Source of the DNA: Eubacteriales bacterium
GTDB lineage: Bacteria; Bacillota; Clostridia; Oscillospirales; QAKW01
Length of the DNA stretch: 64,000 nucleotides
NCBI GenBank assembly: GCA_045612565.1
Contig: JAZKZG010000094.1
Location: 2,556-66,555, forward strand
Reading direction: 5' to 3'
Shown here: one piece after another, positions 55,658-64,000 of the stretch
Numbering within the stretch: the first letter of the stretch is position 1
Layout: every line of letters begins with the position of its first letter
Made by a program: the position numbers and the translations under genes
Notes under the pieces: generated by a model
The model's input: the letters and a program-made list of their open reading frames with translations, nothing else
Database searches by the model: none
What the model was told of the DNA's origin: nothing

Positions 55658-56056
55658 ATGACGGATAAAGAATTTAAACGCTTAAGCAGAGCGCAGTTGA
55701 TTGAGATTATCTATCAACTCCAATTGCAAATCGACCAACTGAATGAGCAAAAGCAAGGTTTGGAAAGCGAATTAGCAGACAAACGTCTTCGTTTGAGCGT
55801 TGCCGGTAATATTGCTGATGCAGCCCTTGAAATTAATGATTGCTTCCGTAGTGCACAAAATGCAGCAGAACAATATTTAAATGAAATTAAAGCTATCCGT
55901 GAAGAAACCGAACAAGAGCGACAGACGATAATTTCGGAGGCACGAGCGCAAGCGGAGGAAATCATTGCGGACGCAAAAAAGACGCATGGCGATTACGATT
56001 CTGCGATAGATACGATTTTGAATGAATTTAGGCAGAGTCATTCGGATAACGGGTGA
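55658..56056 (+). CDS. hypothetical coiled-coil protein
   Basis: 132 aa, heptad-rich and charged. Its stop overlaps the signal peptidase start region. Confidence 0.5.
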   Translation: MTDKEFKRLSRAQLIEIIYQLQLQIDQLNEQKQGLESELADKRLRLSVAGNIADAALEINDCFRSAQNAAEQYLNEIKAIREETEQERQTIISEARAQAEEIIADAKKTHGDYDSAIDTILNEFRQSHSDNG

Positions 56057-56061
56057 TAGAT

Positions 56062-56649
56062 ATGTTACATAGTAAGAAAAAGGAAGTATCGCTTCCAACA
56101 AAAAAGCAGGTTGAAACAGAACGAAAGCGATACCGCCGTCAAAAAGCCTATAATAAAGCCCTGCGCGGAACAGTATACGTTTTAACGATAGTAGCCGCTG
56201 TTGCCGTGTTGATTGCAACACTGATATTACCTGTTTTGCAAATTGAGGGAACCAGTATGGAGCCGACGTTATCAAACGGTGATATCGTGTTACTTGCAAA
56301 AACAACCCGTTTTGACCGCGGAGATCTTTGCGGATTCACCTGGAACAACAAACTTTTAATAAAACGAGTAATTGGTCTGCCGGGTGATTGGATTGAGATT
56401 GATACCGACGGAACGGTATACCTCAATGGCGATAAATTGGAAGAACCTTATGTGGAACATAAGGCTTTGGGAGAATGTGATTTAGAGTTTCCTTTTCAAG
56501 TGCCGCTGGAGCAGTATTTTGTAATAGGAGATATGCGTGAAAGTTCTATCGACTCTCGCAATACGGTAATTGGATGCATTCCAAAAGATCAGATTGTCGG
56601 AAAAGTTTTCTTTAGAGTATGGCCGTTTAAGAGCATACGATTTTTTTAA
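56062..56649 (+). CDS. type I signal peptidase (S26)
   Basis: TM anchor, catalytic-Ser box 'EGTSMEPTL', Lys box 'IKRVIGLPGD', 'GDMRESSIDSR'. The start could be GTG 56053 or ATG 56062. Confidence 0.85.
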   Translation: MLHSKKKEVSLPTKKQVETERKRYRRQKAYNKALRGTVYVLTIVAAVAVLIATLILPVLQIEGTSMEPTLSNGDIVLLAKTTRFDRGDLCGFTWNNKLLIKRVIGLPGDWIEIDTDGTVYLNGDKLEEPYVEHKALGECDLEFPFQVPLEQYFVIGDMRESSIDSRNTVIGCIPKDQIVGKVFFRVWPFKSIRFF

Positions 56650-56682
56650 ATAAACAATGTATTTATAAAAGGACAAGCGTTT

Positions 56683-59600
56683 ATGAGTTTCATTGAACAA
56701 TACTTGTTACAATTGAATACCGAAAAACGACGATGGCGATGTGCTATAGCAATTTTAACAGCATTGTCACTCATCGTTGCGCTTGTTACCGTGTGGAATT
56801 TGCGTATGACAGGCATTACGATTGCAAACAGCGCATCTTGCGGATATGAGGAACACCAACATACAGAAGATTGTATGCAACAAGACGTCCTGATTTGCAC
56901 TGTGTCGGAGCATATTCACAAAGCCGAATGTTATTCCGATCCTAAAGCGGATACTGAAACTTCATTAGATTGGCAAAATATGTTTGCCAACTACCCTTAT
57001 ACAGGTGTTGTTCGAGAGGATTTAGTCGGCATCGCCAAAACTCAGGTGGGATATACTGAGAGTCAGTTGAATTTTGAAGCCGGAGACGACGGTGTACGGC
57101 GTGGTTATACAAGGTATGGCGCATGGTACGGAGCGCCCTATAACGATTGGTCTGCAATGTTTGTGTCGTTCTGTCTGAACTTTGCAGGAGCGGATTGTTC
57201 GGTATTTCCTAACAGTTCCGGCGCTGCAATGATGGCAGAACTTTGGAAAACACACGAAAAGTATATTCCTGCGGGAGATTATGTTCCGCAAAGCGGAGAT
57301 ATTGTATTTTTTAATAACAACACTGTAGGTATTATTACTGAAATATTTAACACCAATTTTTATGTAATCCGTGGTGATGTACAGAATAAAGTTACCAATG
57401 ATATGATGTCGCTGAATGACCCGTCTATTGTTGGCTGGGGATGCACAGAAACACCTGTTCACAGCGATAATGTACCGACAGATGACTTGTTGGATATATC
57501 AGACGGACCTGCTTTTTTCATTATAGAAGGAAACAAGATAGAACAACCGGCACGAAGATTTACCTTGAGAGCTAACCGTGCAATTATGCAACTGATTCCT
57601 TATCTGGAAGCCAACGGCGGTAACTATTTTTTAACATTGTTGGACCTTAACAATAAGGAACTGCCCAAAGATGAAAACGGAAATTACATTGCTGTAGCTA
57701 ACGAAGGCTATAAGTTGACCCTCACCTTTAATAGCCCGAAGGGATTTTTACCGGGAACGTATCAGTATCAGATTTCCAACGGAATGATGGTAGATGGCGG
57801 TAACGGCGAATTTGTTTTGACTGACGGAACCAAAGTTGGTACCTGGGAGGTCTCTGATACGGGTCTTATTACTCTTGAGTTCAACGAGCAGATAAATAGC
57901 CGTACGGACATAACTATTAGTTCAACGCTTGGTATCCACTTTCAAGAGCAGGATGACCTTATTGATTTTGACGGTTTAATCACTGTTAAGATTGAGCCGC
58001 CCGTTCAGCAAAAGGACCCAACTGTTTTGTCAAAATGGGGTTCTCCCAACTCGAGTGCGAAAAAAATCAATTGGACGGTGCGAATTGACGGACATACGGA
58101 TTCGCAGATTCCCGGTAACATTCTTACCGACCAACCCACACTAAGCGATTGGAGCAGACCACATAGTTATACACAATCAGACATAGATGGCGGTCTGACC
58201 TTTGGTGTTTCAGACCCGACGGGAGGATGGCATGCATGGACTGTTCACGCTGACGACCCACATCTTGTATGGGATGAAACGGGATGGTCCTATAAGATTC
58301 CCAAAACTGTTATATGCGACTATTGCGGACAACTGGAATTGGGCAATGATGGGTGGTCCTATCTTATAAATTATACGTCTACCCCCACAGAACTCAACAC
58401 TCCCGGTACCTTTGACTATGAGAACAAGGTCACAGTGGATGGCCAGACAGCATGGGGCTGGAGTAATTTCACTCATGTTGAGATTGAGGCGCAGATCGTT
58501 AAGACAGGCTCTTTTGTATCCGATGCAACCGGAGGCGGTTTCCTTTGGGAATTCCAGGCTACAATACCGGGACGTCAGGAAGGACAGAGAGCAGAGTATT
58601 CCTGGTTTATTATGGATGAGATGCGTCTTATGGATGATAAAGGCACAATCATAGGCCGTGTACAAAATGATGTCAATCTGTCTACAGTTACGGCAGTCTA
58701 TAATGGAACGGTTATCCAAATTCCACGCATTCAGGATGCTACGGACGAGGATATGTTCGCCTGGGACAATGCTTGGACAGCAACAGAAAATGGTGTCGGT
58801 TACAACCGAACGATAAATCTCCTTTGTCGATGCCAATGTACCACTGAAACATGCCATTGGTCAGGATGCGGAGACTATTGGTTCCAGAAAGATAACGGTG
58901 AATGGGCTGCCAACGGTTTTTGTCAGTGCTGGACAGAAACACAGAATATGACGTTTACTTTTGTTTACAAAACCGAGGATATATCCTTAATTAAAGATTA
59001 TGGTTCTCTTGATTATAAAGTAAACAATCATGCGCAACTGTACTATATGCCCGATGGCAGCAACTCTGTCAGGGTTGATTATGATGATGCGACGGTCACT
59101 ATTCCAAATCTGTTTGAAAAGCAGCTTACCCATGATTTTAACGGCTATACCGCTCACTATAAAATCACGGTGAACGAAGCCAAATTGGTGCTGACAAACG
59201 GTTCACCATTAACAATTCACGATGCTATGACCGATACATTGGCGTACATAGGCGGTTCGCTTGTTATTACAACCGAAAATGCAAACGGCCACACAAGTGT
59301 CTTGCAGCAAGGTGTGGATTATACCGTCACTTATGATGGTACAGGAAATCAAACGGATTCTGCGGGTAAAAAAGTGCATGTGCTGGATATTGTTATTCTA
59401 AAACCGCAACCGGTTATGTATATCCTTGATTATGATACGACACTCATTATGCCGGAGCATATAACAGGCGGTGTTAAGTATAGTAACTCCGCAAATATTA
59501 CGCTTTGGGGCAAGGATGTTACGAATAACGCTGTCGAAAAGGTGTATGCCGATATTAATATTGCCGCCAAGAGTTATGCCGTCGAAATGTCTAAGACTTG

Positions 59601-60066
59601 CGCACTGACCAACAAAGCGCTTTCGGGAGCAACATTTGGTCTTTACAATGCGCAAGGCGGTTTGATAACTTCAGGTGTGACAGATGCTGACGGAAAACTG
59701 GTATTCCGTACTAATATCATAGAAGGCATCGTTTTGCAAGAACATAAGTTGTACTATTTGCAGGAAATTCAACCGCCACCGGCTTATCAATTGGATGATA
59801 CAAAGTATTGGTTCTGTTTCTGCAGTGATAAAGGCAATACTTGTGTCGAATGCAACAAGCTTATGATAGATGTGGAGGCTGTTCGTATTCCGTTTGAGCA
59901 AATTGGTCTTATCAATATTGTTAACTATCCTGCCAATGTAGAATTGCCCGCCACAGGCGGTATTGGCACGTACATTTATATACTATGCGGACTAACGCTT
60001 GTGATTGGGCCGCTTGTATACGGATTCAGCTTGAGGCGCAGATATGGAAGGAGGTCAAAAAAATAA
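56683..60066 (+). CDS. 1127-aa LPATG-anchored pilus tip/adhesin-like protein with degenerate CHAP-like domain
   Basis: N-terminal signal anchor, two C-x4-H-x-H-x3-C knuckles and a CHAP-like region (aa ~100-240). C-terminal Cna-B/E-box-like 'YYLQEIQPPPAY'. Sorting signal 'LPATGG' plus hydrophobic stretch plus RRRYGRRSKK. Confidence 0.75.
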   Translation: MSFIEQYLLQLNTEKRRWRCAIAILTALSLIVALVTVWNLRMTGITIANSASCGYEEHQHTEDCMQQDVLICTVSEHIHKAECYSDPKADTETSLDWQNMFANYPYTGVVREDLVGIAKTQVGYTESQLNFEAGDDGVRRGYTRYGAWYGAPYNDWSAMFVSFCLNFAGADCSVFPNSSGAAMMAELWKTHEKYIPAGDYVPQSGDIVFFNNNTVGIITEIFNTNFYVIRGDVQNKVTNDMMSLNDPSIVGWGCTETPVHSDNVPTDDLLDISDGPAFFIIEGNKIEQPARRFTLRANRAIMQLIPYLEANGGNYFLTLLDLNNKELPKDENGNYIAVANEGYKLTLTFNSPKGFLPGTYQYQISNGMMVDGGNGEFVLTDGTKVGTWEVSDTGLITLEFNEQINSRTDITISSTLGIHFQEQDDLIDFDGLITVKIEPPVQQKDPTVLSKWGSPNSSAKKINWTVRIDGHTDSQIPGNILTDQPTLSDWSRPHSYTQSDIDGGLTFGVSDPTGGWHAWTVHADDPHLVWDETGWSYKIPKTVICDYCGQLELGNDGWSYLINYTSTPTELNTPGTFDYENKVTVDGQTAWGWSNFTHVEIEAQIVKTGSFVSDATGGGFLWEFQATIPGRQEGQRAEYSWFIMDEMRLMDDKGTIIGRVQNDVNLSTVTAVYNGTVIQIPRIQDATDEDMFAWDNAWTATENGVGYNRTINLLCRCQCTTETCHWSGCGDYWFQKDNGEWAANGFCQCWTETQNMTFTFVYKTEDISLIKDYGSLDYKVNNHAQLYYMPDGSNSVRVDYDDATVTIPNLFEKQLTHDFNGYTAHYKITVNEAKLVLTNGSPLTIHDAMTDTLAYIGGSLVITTENANGHTSVLQQGVDYTVTYDGTGNQTDSAGKKVHVLDIVILKPQPVMYILDYDTTLIMPEHITGGVKYSNSANITLWGKDVTNNAVEKVYADINIAAKSYAVEMSKTCALTNKALSGATFGLYNAQGGLITSGVTDADGKLVFRTNIIEGIVLQEHKLYYLQEIQPPPAYQLDDTKYWFCFCSDKGNTCVECNKLMIDVEAVRIPFEQIGLINIVNYPANVELPATGGIGTYIYILCGLTLVIGPLVYGFSLRRRYGRRSKK

Positions 60067-60153
60067 GTCCTCCCCAAATGGCGTAAAATCAAATTTATGC
60101 GCCTGACTGATTCCAAAATAATATAAAATTTATTTTTAGAAAGGAAAATCATT

Positions 60154-61956
60154 ATGAAAAAGTTTTTATCCATCATTATGGTGTTGGCAATAGTTCTTTC
60201 TTTGTGTGTTACCGCTTTTGCGGCAGATAACAAAGGTTCTATCACCATCACTAACGCAACCATCGACGAAACCTACGCAATCTACAAAATCTTCGATGCA
60301 ACTATCAGCAAGGATGCCGGTGGAAACACAAAAGCGGTTTCCTATAGTATTACAACCGACAACCAATTCTTTGCCGCTCTCTTCGGTGCTGACGGCAAGA
60401 CAGAAAACCTCTTCTTTGTGTACAATAGCAACACAGGCTCTGTTACAAAGAAGGAAGGTGTCAACGATGCAGAACTGATAAAGTATCTGACCGAATTAGT
60501 TGAAAACGGCACTTACGCCACTGCCGCTACACCTGTCAAGGCTACCAATGAAGAAGTGAAGTTTGAGGATCTGCCCTATGGTTATTACTTAATCACCAGT
60601 TCTTTGGGCACAACTGTAACTATCAACTCAAATACTCCTGACGTTAAAGTAATTGATAAAAACCAGAAGCCCGGCAGCGGTTTTGATAAACTGATACAAA
60701 ACGGTGTGGATGTTAACGGAGATCCCATTTGGGCTGAATCTAACTCCGCTAATATAGCTGACGAGGTAACTTACAAAATTTCTTTTGAAGCAACCAATTA
60801 CGACGGCGAAAACAAGATCAAGTACTACCAGATTCATGATGAAAAGGGCGAAGCAATCTGGGCAGAATTTAACAGTTTTGAAGTTTATGTTGACGGTGTG
60901 AAACTTGAGAGAGGTTACTATCTGTCTCAGGGCGGAAATAATACTGATAACTGGGAATATTTCGGCGACTGGACCGGTACAGAGAAGAATCGTAACAACG
61001 CACAGTGGTACCTGGTACATCTGGACTATGACAAGTTCCGTATCACTATTCCGTGGTTGGAAAATCACACTCTTTCCAATGTTACCAACGATGTTGGAGA
61101 AATCACATCTTATTCTGTGAACTTCCCCGAGAATGCCGAATCTAAATTTGATTCTCCCGTTCAGGTAGAGATTATCTACAAAGCGGTAGTTGAAGCAAAT
61201 GCTGCTATCGGTGATACAACCCATGGTAACCGTTACAACAAGGCTTATGCTTCTTGGACAAGTGAACACGAAACTGATTCTACCAAACCTGAAGAGGTTG
61301 TAACCTATGTTTACGGTATCGGCTTACTTAAAGACGACATTGCTACCCGTGAGAATTTGGCAGGTGCTAAGTTCCGTATCTACAAGGATGAGGCATGTAC
61401 TCAGCCACTCAATGTAATTCCTACAAAGATTGACGGTGTTTACATCGTTGATAGTTTAGGTACCGCTGCGGAAAATATTAGCGGCATTATGCAAGAAACC
61501 ACTCGTAAACTGTACGAGGCATATCTGGCAGAATATTTGAAGGATGATAACGGTAATACTATTGAAAAGAATAACCTTGTTGTCTCACAGGCTAACGGTA
61601 AGTTGGCTATCCTTGGTCTTAAGGAAGGCGCTTACTACCTTAAGGAAGTAGAGGCTCCCGACGGCTATAACGCTCTGACTCAGCCTGTTAAATTTGAGGC
61701 AGGTAAAGATATCCGCCCATTCAGCATATTTGCTGACGAGAACGGCAATGTTGCTGATATTCAGGAAGAAGATGGTGTACATACCGAAAATCGTTACGAC
61801 CTGACACATACTGTTGTTCACAACAGCAAGGGTGTTGTGTTGCCTTCTACAGGCGGTATGGGAACTTTCTGGCTTATTACCATCGGCACTTTACTTGCTA
61901 TTGGCTTTGCTGTGTTCCTTATCACTCACAAAAAGATGTCTGTTTATACTGACTAA
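60154..61956 (+). CDS. backbone (major) pilin-like isopeptide-domain protein, LPSTG sorting signal
   Basis: Signal peptide ending in 'AFA-AD'. Pilin-motif-like 'DVKVIDKNQKP'. E-box 'YYLKEVEAPDGYN'. 'LPSTGGMGTFWLITIGTLLAIGFAVFLITHKK'. Confidence 0.8.
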   Translation: MKKFLSIIMVLAIVLSLCVTAFAADNKGSITITNATIDETYAIYKIFDATISKDAGGNTKAVSYSITTDNQFFAALFGADGKTENLFFVYNSNTGSVTKKEGVNDAELIKYLTELVENGTYATAATPVKATNEEVKFEDLPYGYYLITSSLGTTVTINSNTPDVKVIDKNQKPGSGFDKLIQNGVDVNGDPIWAESNSANIADEVTYKISFEATNYDGENKIKYYQIHDEKGEAIWAEFNSFEVYVDGVKLERGYYLSQGGNNTDNWEYFGDWTGTEKNRNNAQWYLVHLDYDKFRITIPWLENHTLSNVTNDVGEITSYSVNFPENAESKFDSPVQVEIIYKAVVEANAAIGDTTHGNRYNKAYASWTSEHETDSTKPEEVVTYVYGIGLLKDDIATRENLAGAKFRIYKDEACTQPLNVIPTKIDGVYIVDSLGTAAENISGIMQETTRKLYEAYLAEYLKDDNGNTIEKNNLVVSQANGKLAILGLKEGAYYLKEVEAPDGYNALTQPVKFEAGKDIRPFSIFADENGNVADIQEEDGVHTENRYDLTHTVVHNSKGVVLPSTGGMGTFWLITIGTLLAIGFAVFLITHKKMSVYTD

Positions 61957-61981
61957 TTTTTGACTTACAAAAATATCGGGT

Positions 61982-62009
61982 GGGAGGAGAGAAGTTCTGC
62001 TCTCCTCCC
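61982..62009 (+). promoter_or_regulatory. perfect 10-bp GC-rich hairpin between the pilin and sortase genes
   Basis: GGGAGGAGAG-aagttctg-CTCTCCTCCC. No U-tract follows. Confidence 0.6.
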
Positions 62010-62038
62010 GCTAAAACTATAACAGAAAGGAGATGCCT

Positions 62039-62905
62039 ATGAGAAAGCATAAGACTGTAATTATTTTAACCGTTGGTTTTTTGGTAGGTATCTGCATTCT
62101 GTTATATCCCGCATCCAGTGATTTTTGGAACAGCAAAACCCAAAGCCGAGCAATTACTGACTATGAATCTGTTTTGGATACCCTTGATGAAAATGACTAC
62201 AATGCTCTTTTTGAAAGTGCCCATGCTTACAACAAGGCGTTGTATGAAACGAATTATCCGTTGATAGATTATAGAAAAGTGCCGGGGTACTACGACACTC
62301 TTCGCATAACCGATAATGATATGATAGGCTATTTGAAGATTGAGCGTATTGGCGTGGAACTTCCAATTTACCACGGCACATCGGACGATGTTCTTAACAG
62401 AGGTGTAGGTCATCTGGAAGGGAGCAGTTTGCCTGTGGGCGGAGAAAATACCCATAGTGTTATGTCTGCTCATAGGGGATTGCCCAGTTCAAAACTGTTT
62501 ACCGAACTTGACCGTGTAGAAAAGGGCGATACCTTTCAGATTGTAATACTGAACCAAGTTCTGACATATCAAGTTGATTTTATAAAAGTAATAGAACCTA
62601 ATGATGTTTCGGATTTGAATATTATTGAAGGCGGTGACTATTGCACTCTGTTTACCTGCACACCCTATGGCATCAATACACATAGGTTGCTGGTACGGGG
62701 CGTAAGAATTGAAACAATCAAAGAAAAACCTATGATTTATGTCTCCAACGAGGCATTTCGTATAGAACCGCTATTGGTAACTCCTGCGGTTGCGGCACCT
62801 ATGCTTTTGGTGTTACTGATTCACTTGCTTGTTAAGTATAGAGAACCGCCTAAAAATACGCAACAAAAGAAAAAAGAGGAAGGAGGTACAGAAAGTGACC
62901 CGTAA
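62039..62905 (+). CDS. class C (pilus-polymerising) sortase
   Basis: N-terminal TM, 'TLFTCTPYGINTHRLLVRG' catalytic Cys box, C-terminal TM helix typical of class C. ATG 62039 has the better GGAG spacing; 62033 is possible. Confidence 0.9.
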   Translation: MRKHKTVIILTVGFLVGICILLYPASSDFWNSKTQSRAITDYESVLDTLDENDYNALFESAHAYNKALYETNYPLIDYRKVPGYYDTLRITDNDMIGYLKIERIGVELPIYHGTSDDVLNRGVGHLEGSSLPVGGENTHSVMSAHRGLPSSKLFTELDRVEKGDTFQIVILNQVLTYQVDFIKVIEPNDVSDLNIIEGGDYCTLFTCTPYGINTHRLLVRGVRIETIKEKPMIYVSNEAFRIEPLLVTPAVAAPMLLVLLIHLLVKYREPPKNTQQKKKEEGGTESDP

Positions 62906-63764
62906 AATCACAACCTTTTGTGTAACAATATTACTGCTTTTAACTTGTTATTTATCGGCTTTTGCAGAAGAATTCGACCAAAGCAAAACCGGGTCTATAT
63001 CTGTTACGCTTATCGAACAAAAACAACCGATTGTTGGAGCAGAACTTAGTGTCTATTATGTTGCAACCGCTTTATTGGATGCAGACAGAAATTTGATTTA
63101 TGACTATACTAAAGAATTTAAACAGATTGATACTGCAATTGATGATACGTCACTTGCCGCAAAACTGGATGCGTTTGTATCTTTGCACAGTGTACCTTCT
63201 GTTAAAATAACAACCGATACTGACGGCACGGCGTTGTGCAAAGAACTTCCTTTAGGACTTTATTTTGTCAAGCAGACAGGTGCAGTAGAAGGCTTTTCAC
63301 CCTGTACGCCCTTCCTTGTAACAGTTCCTAATGAAAAGAATGGTGTATATGTGTACGATGTAAACGCTTCTCCAAAAACAGAAGTCGAAAGACTCACTTC
63401 TATCACCATAAAAAAGGTGTGGAATACCGATAAATCCACCGAGGCAACTCAAAGTGTTACCGTTCAGTTGCTTAAAAGTGGAAATGTAGTCAAGACGGCA
63501 ATTCTTGATGTTAAAAACGATTGGCAAGTAACTTATGACGATATGCCTGTAAGCGATGCTTACAGTGTCAAAGAAGTAGACGTGCCGAAAGGGTTTACTG
63601 CAACTTATAAGCAAAACGGTTATATTTTCACAGTTACTAATACTTCGACTTTAATACAAACCGGTCAGTTGATGTGGCCGATTCCTGCGTTGGCAATGGG
63701 CGGTATGCTTTTAATTGCGGTAGGTATTGTGCTGTTACAGAAAAAGAGGAAAACAAATGCGTAA
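62895..63764 (+). CDS. small Cna-B-type pilin (minor/basal) with non-canonical LIQTG sorting signal
   Basis: GTG at 62895 follows AGGAGG and overlaps the sortase 3' end. Signal peptide '...CYLSAFAEE'. 'LGLYFVKQTGAVEGF' E-box-like, 'VNASPKTE', and 'LIQTGQLMWPIPALAMGGMLLIAVGIVLLQKKRK'. Confidence 0.7.
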   Translation: MTRKITTFCVTILLLLTCYLSAFAEEFDQSKTGSISVTLIEQKQPIVGAELSVYYVATALLDADRNLIYDYTKEFKQIDTAIDDTSLAAKLDAFVSLHSVPSVKITTDTDGTALCKELPLGLYFVKQTGAVEGFSPCTPFLVTVPNEKNGVYVYDVNASPKTEVERLTSITIKKVWNTDKSTEATQSVTVQLLKSGNVVKTAILDVKNDWQVTYDDMPVSDAYSVKEVDVPKGFTATYKQNGYIFTVTNTSTLIQTGQLMWPIPALAMGGMLLIAVGIVLLQKKRKTNA

Positions 63765-64000
63765 ATGGATAGGTGTAATATGTGTTTTCCTTGGTGTTGT
63801 TTGCATACTGAGTTCTGTCGGCTTGATAGTATACAATAGGTGGCAAGACAAAAATTCAAAAAAGACAGCTCAATCTCTTCTTGAGGATATACGAAGTATA
63901 ACCGATGAGAAAACACCCGGACCTGAATATACAGAAATGGCTACCATTAAAGTGGACGATTATGACTGTATCGGCGTTCTTTCGGTTCCTGTATTAGATT
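63757..64000 (+). CDS. second sortase, N-terminal part (runs off the window)
   Basis: ATGCGTAA start/stop overlap with the previous gene. MRKWIGVICVFLGVVCILSSVGLIVYNRW... then 'DCIGVLSVPVLD', the typical first beta-strand region of sortases. The catalytic region is not in the window. Confidence 0.6.
   Translation, partial: MRKWIGVICVFLGVVCILSSVGLIVYNRWQDKNSKKTAQSLLEDIRSITDEKTPGPEYTEMATIKVDDYDCIGVLSVPVLD

Noticed and set aside
58210-58857. 215-aa minus-strand ORF inside the tip-adhesin gene (and similarly 60628..61269 inside the pilin gene, 5058..5564 inside the phosphoesterase gene)
   Set aside because: Each is nested antisense within a long ORF that has clear domain signatures and sorting signals. 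None has an RBS or recognisable motifs.

Overview
This 64 kb window looks like chromosomal DNA from a low-to-moderate-GC Firmicute, probably a Clostridia (Oscillospiraceae/Ruminococcaceae-like) gut anaerobe. The basis is two T-box leaders, a spoIVFA/spoIVFB-like pair, GlnRS next to GluRS, SLH-anchored surface proteins and sortase pili. All calls come from reading the translated ORFs and the DNA; no database search was run.

Housekeeping blocks:
- tyrS 3' end, an M23/M50 protease pair, and a split radical-SAM/DUF2344 pair.
- T-box-controlled thrS, rpsU, and a pantothenate/CoA cluster (ECF S-component, coaX, coaBC).
- gltX-glnS, eda, tRNA-Pro and an atypical tRNA-Arg.

These alternate with accessory, cell-envelope-oriented genes:
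- A 1137-aa BspA-type LRR protein built from near-identical 69-bp tandem units.
- A 479-aa SLH protein and a 2407-aa SLH protein with three SGNH esterase domains. Both carry an unnamed His/Cys-rich extracellular module.
- A family of metallophosphoesterase paralogues, and an orphan truncated RepA_N gene.
- Several XRE and MarR regulators with candidate operators.

The most interesting region is 50.7-64 kb. A LytS-type kinase, a SARP-like response regulator, an orphan STAS protein and a Cache-HAMP-GGDEF cyclase lie upstream of a signal-peptidase-linked, sortase-dependent pilus locus. Its 1127-aa LPATG tip protein carries a CHAP-like domain in which the catalytic Cys and His appear to be substituted.

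A second notable item is a T-box riboswitch with an apparent UUC (Phe) specifier controlling an uncharacterised-family ABC importer.

No CRISPR array, rRNA, transposase or integrase was seen.
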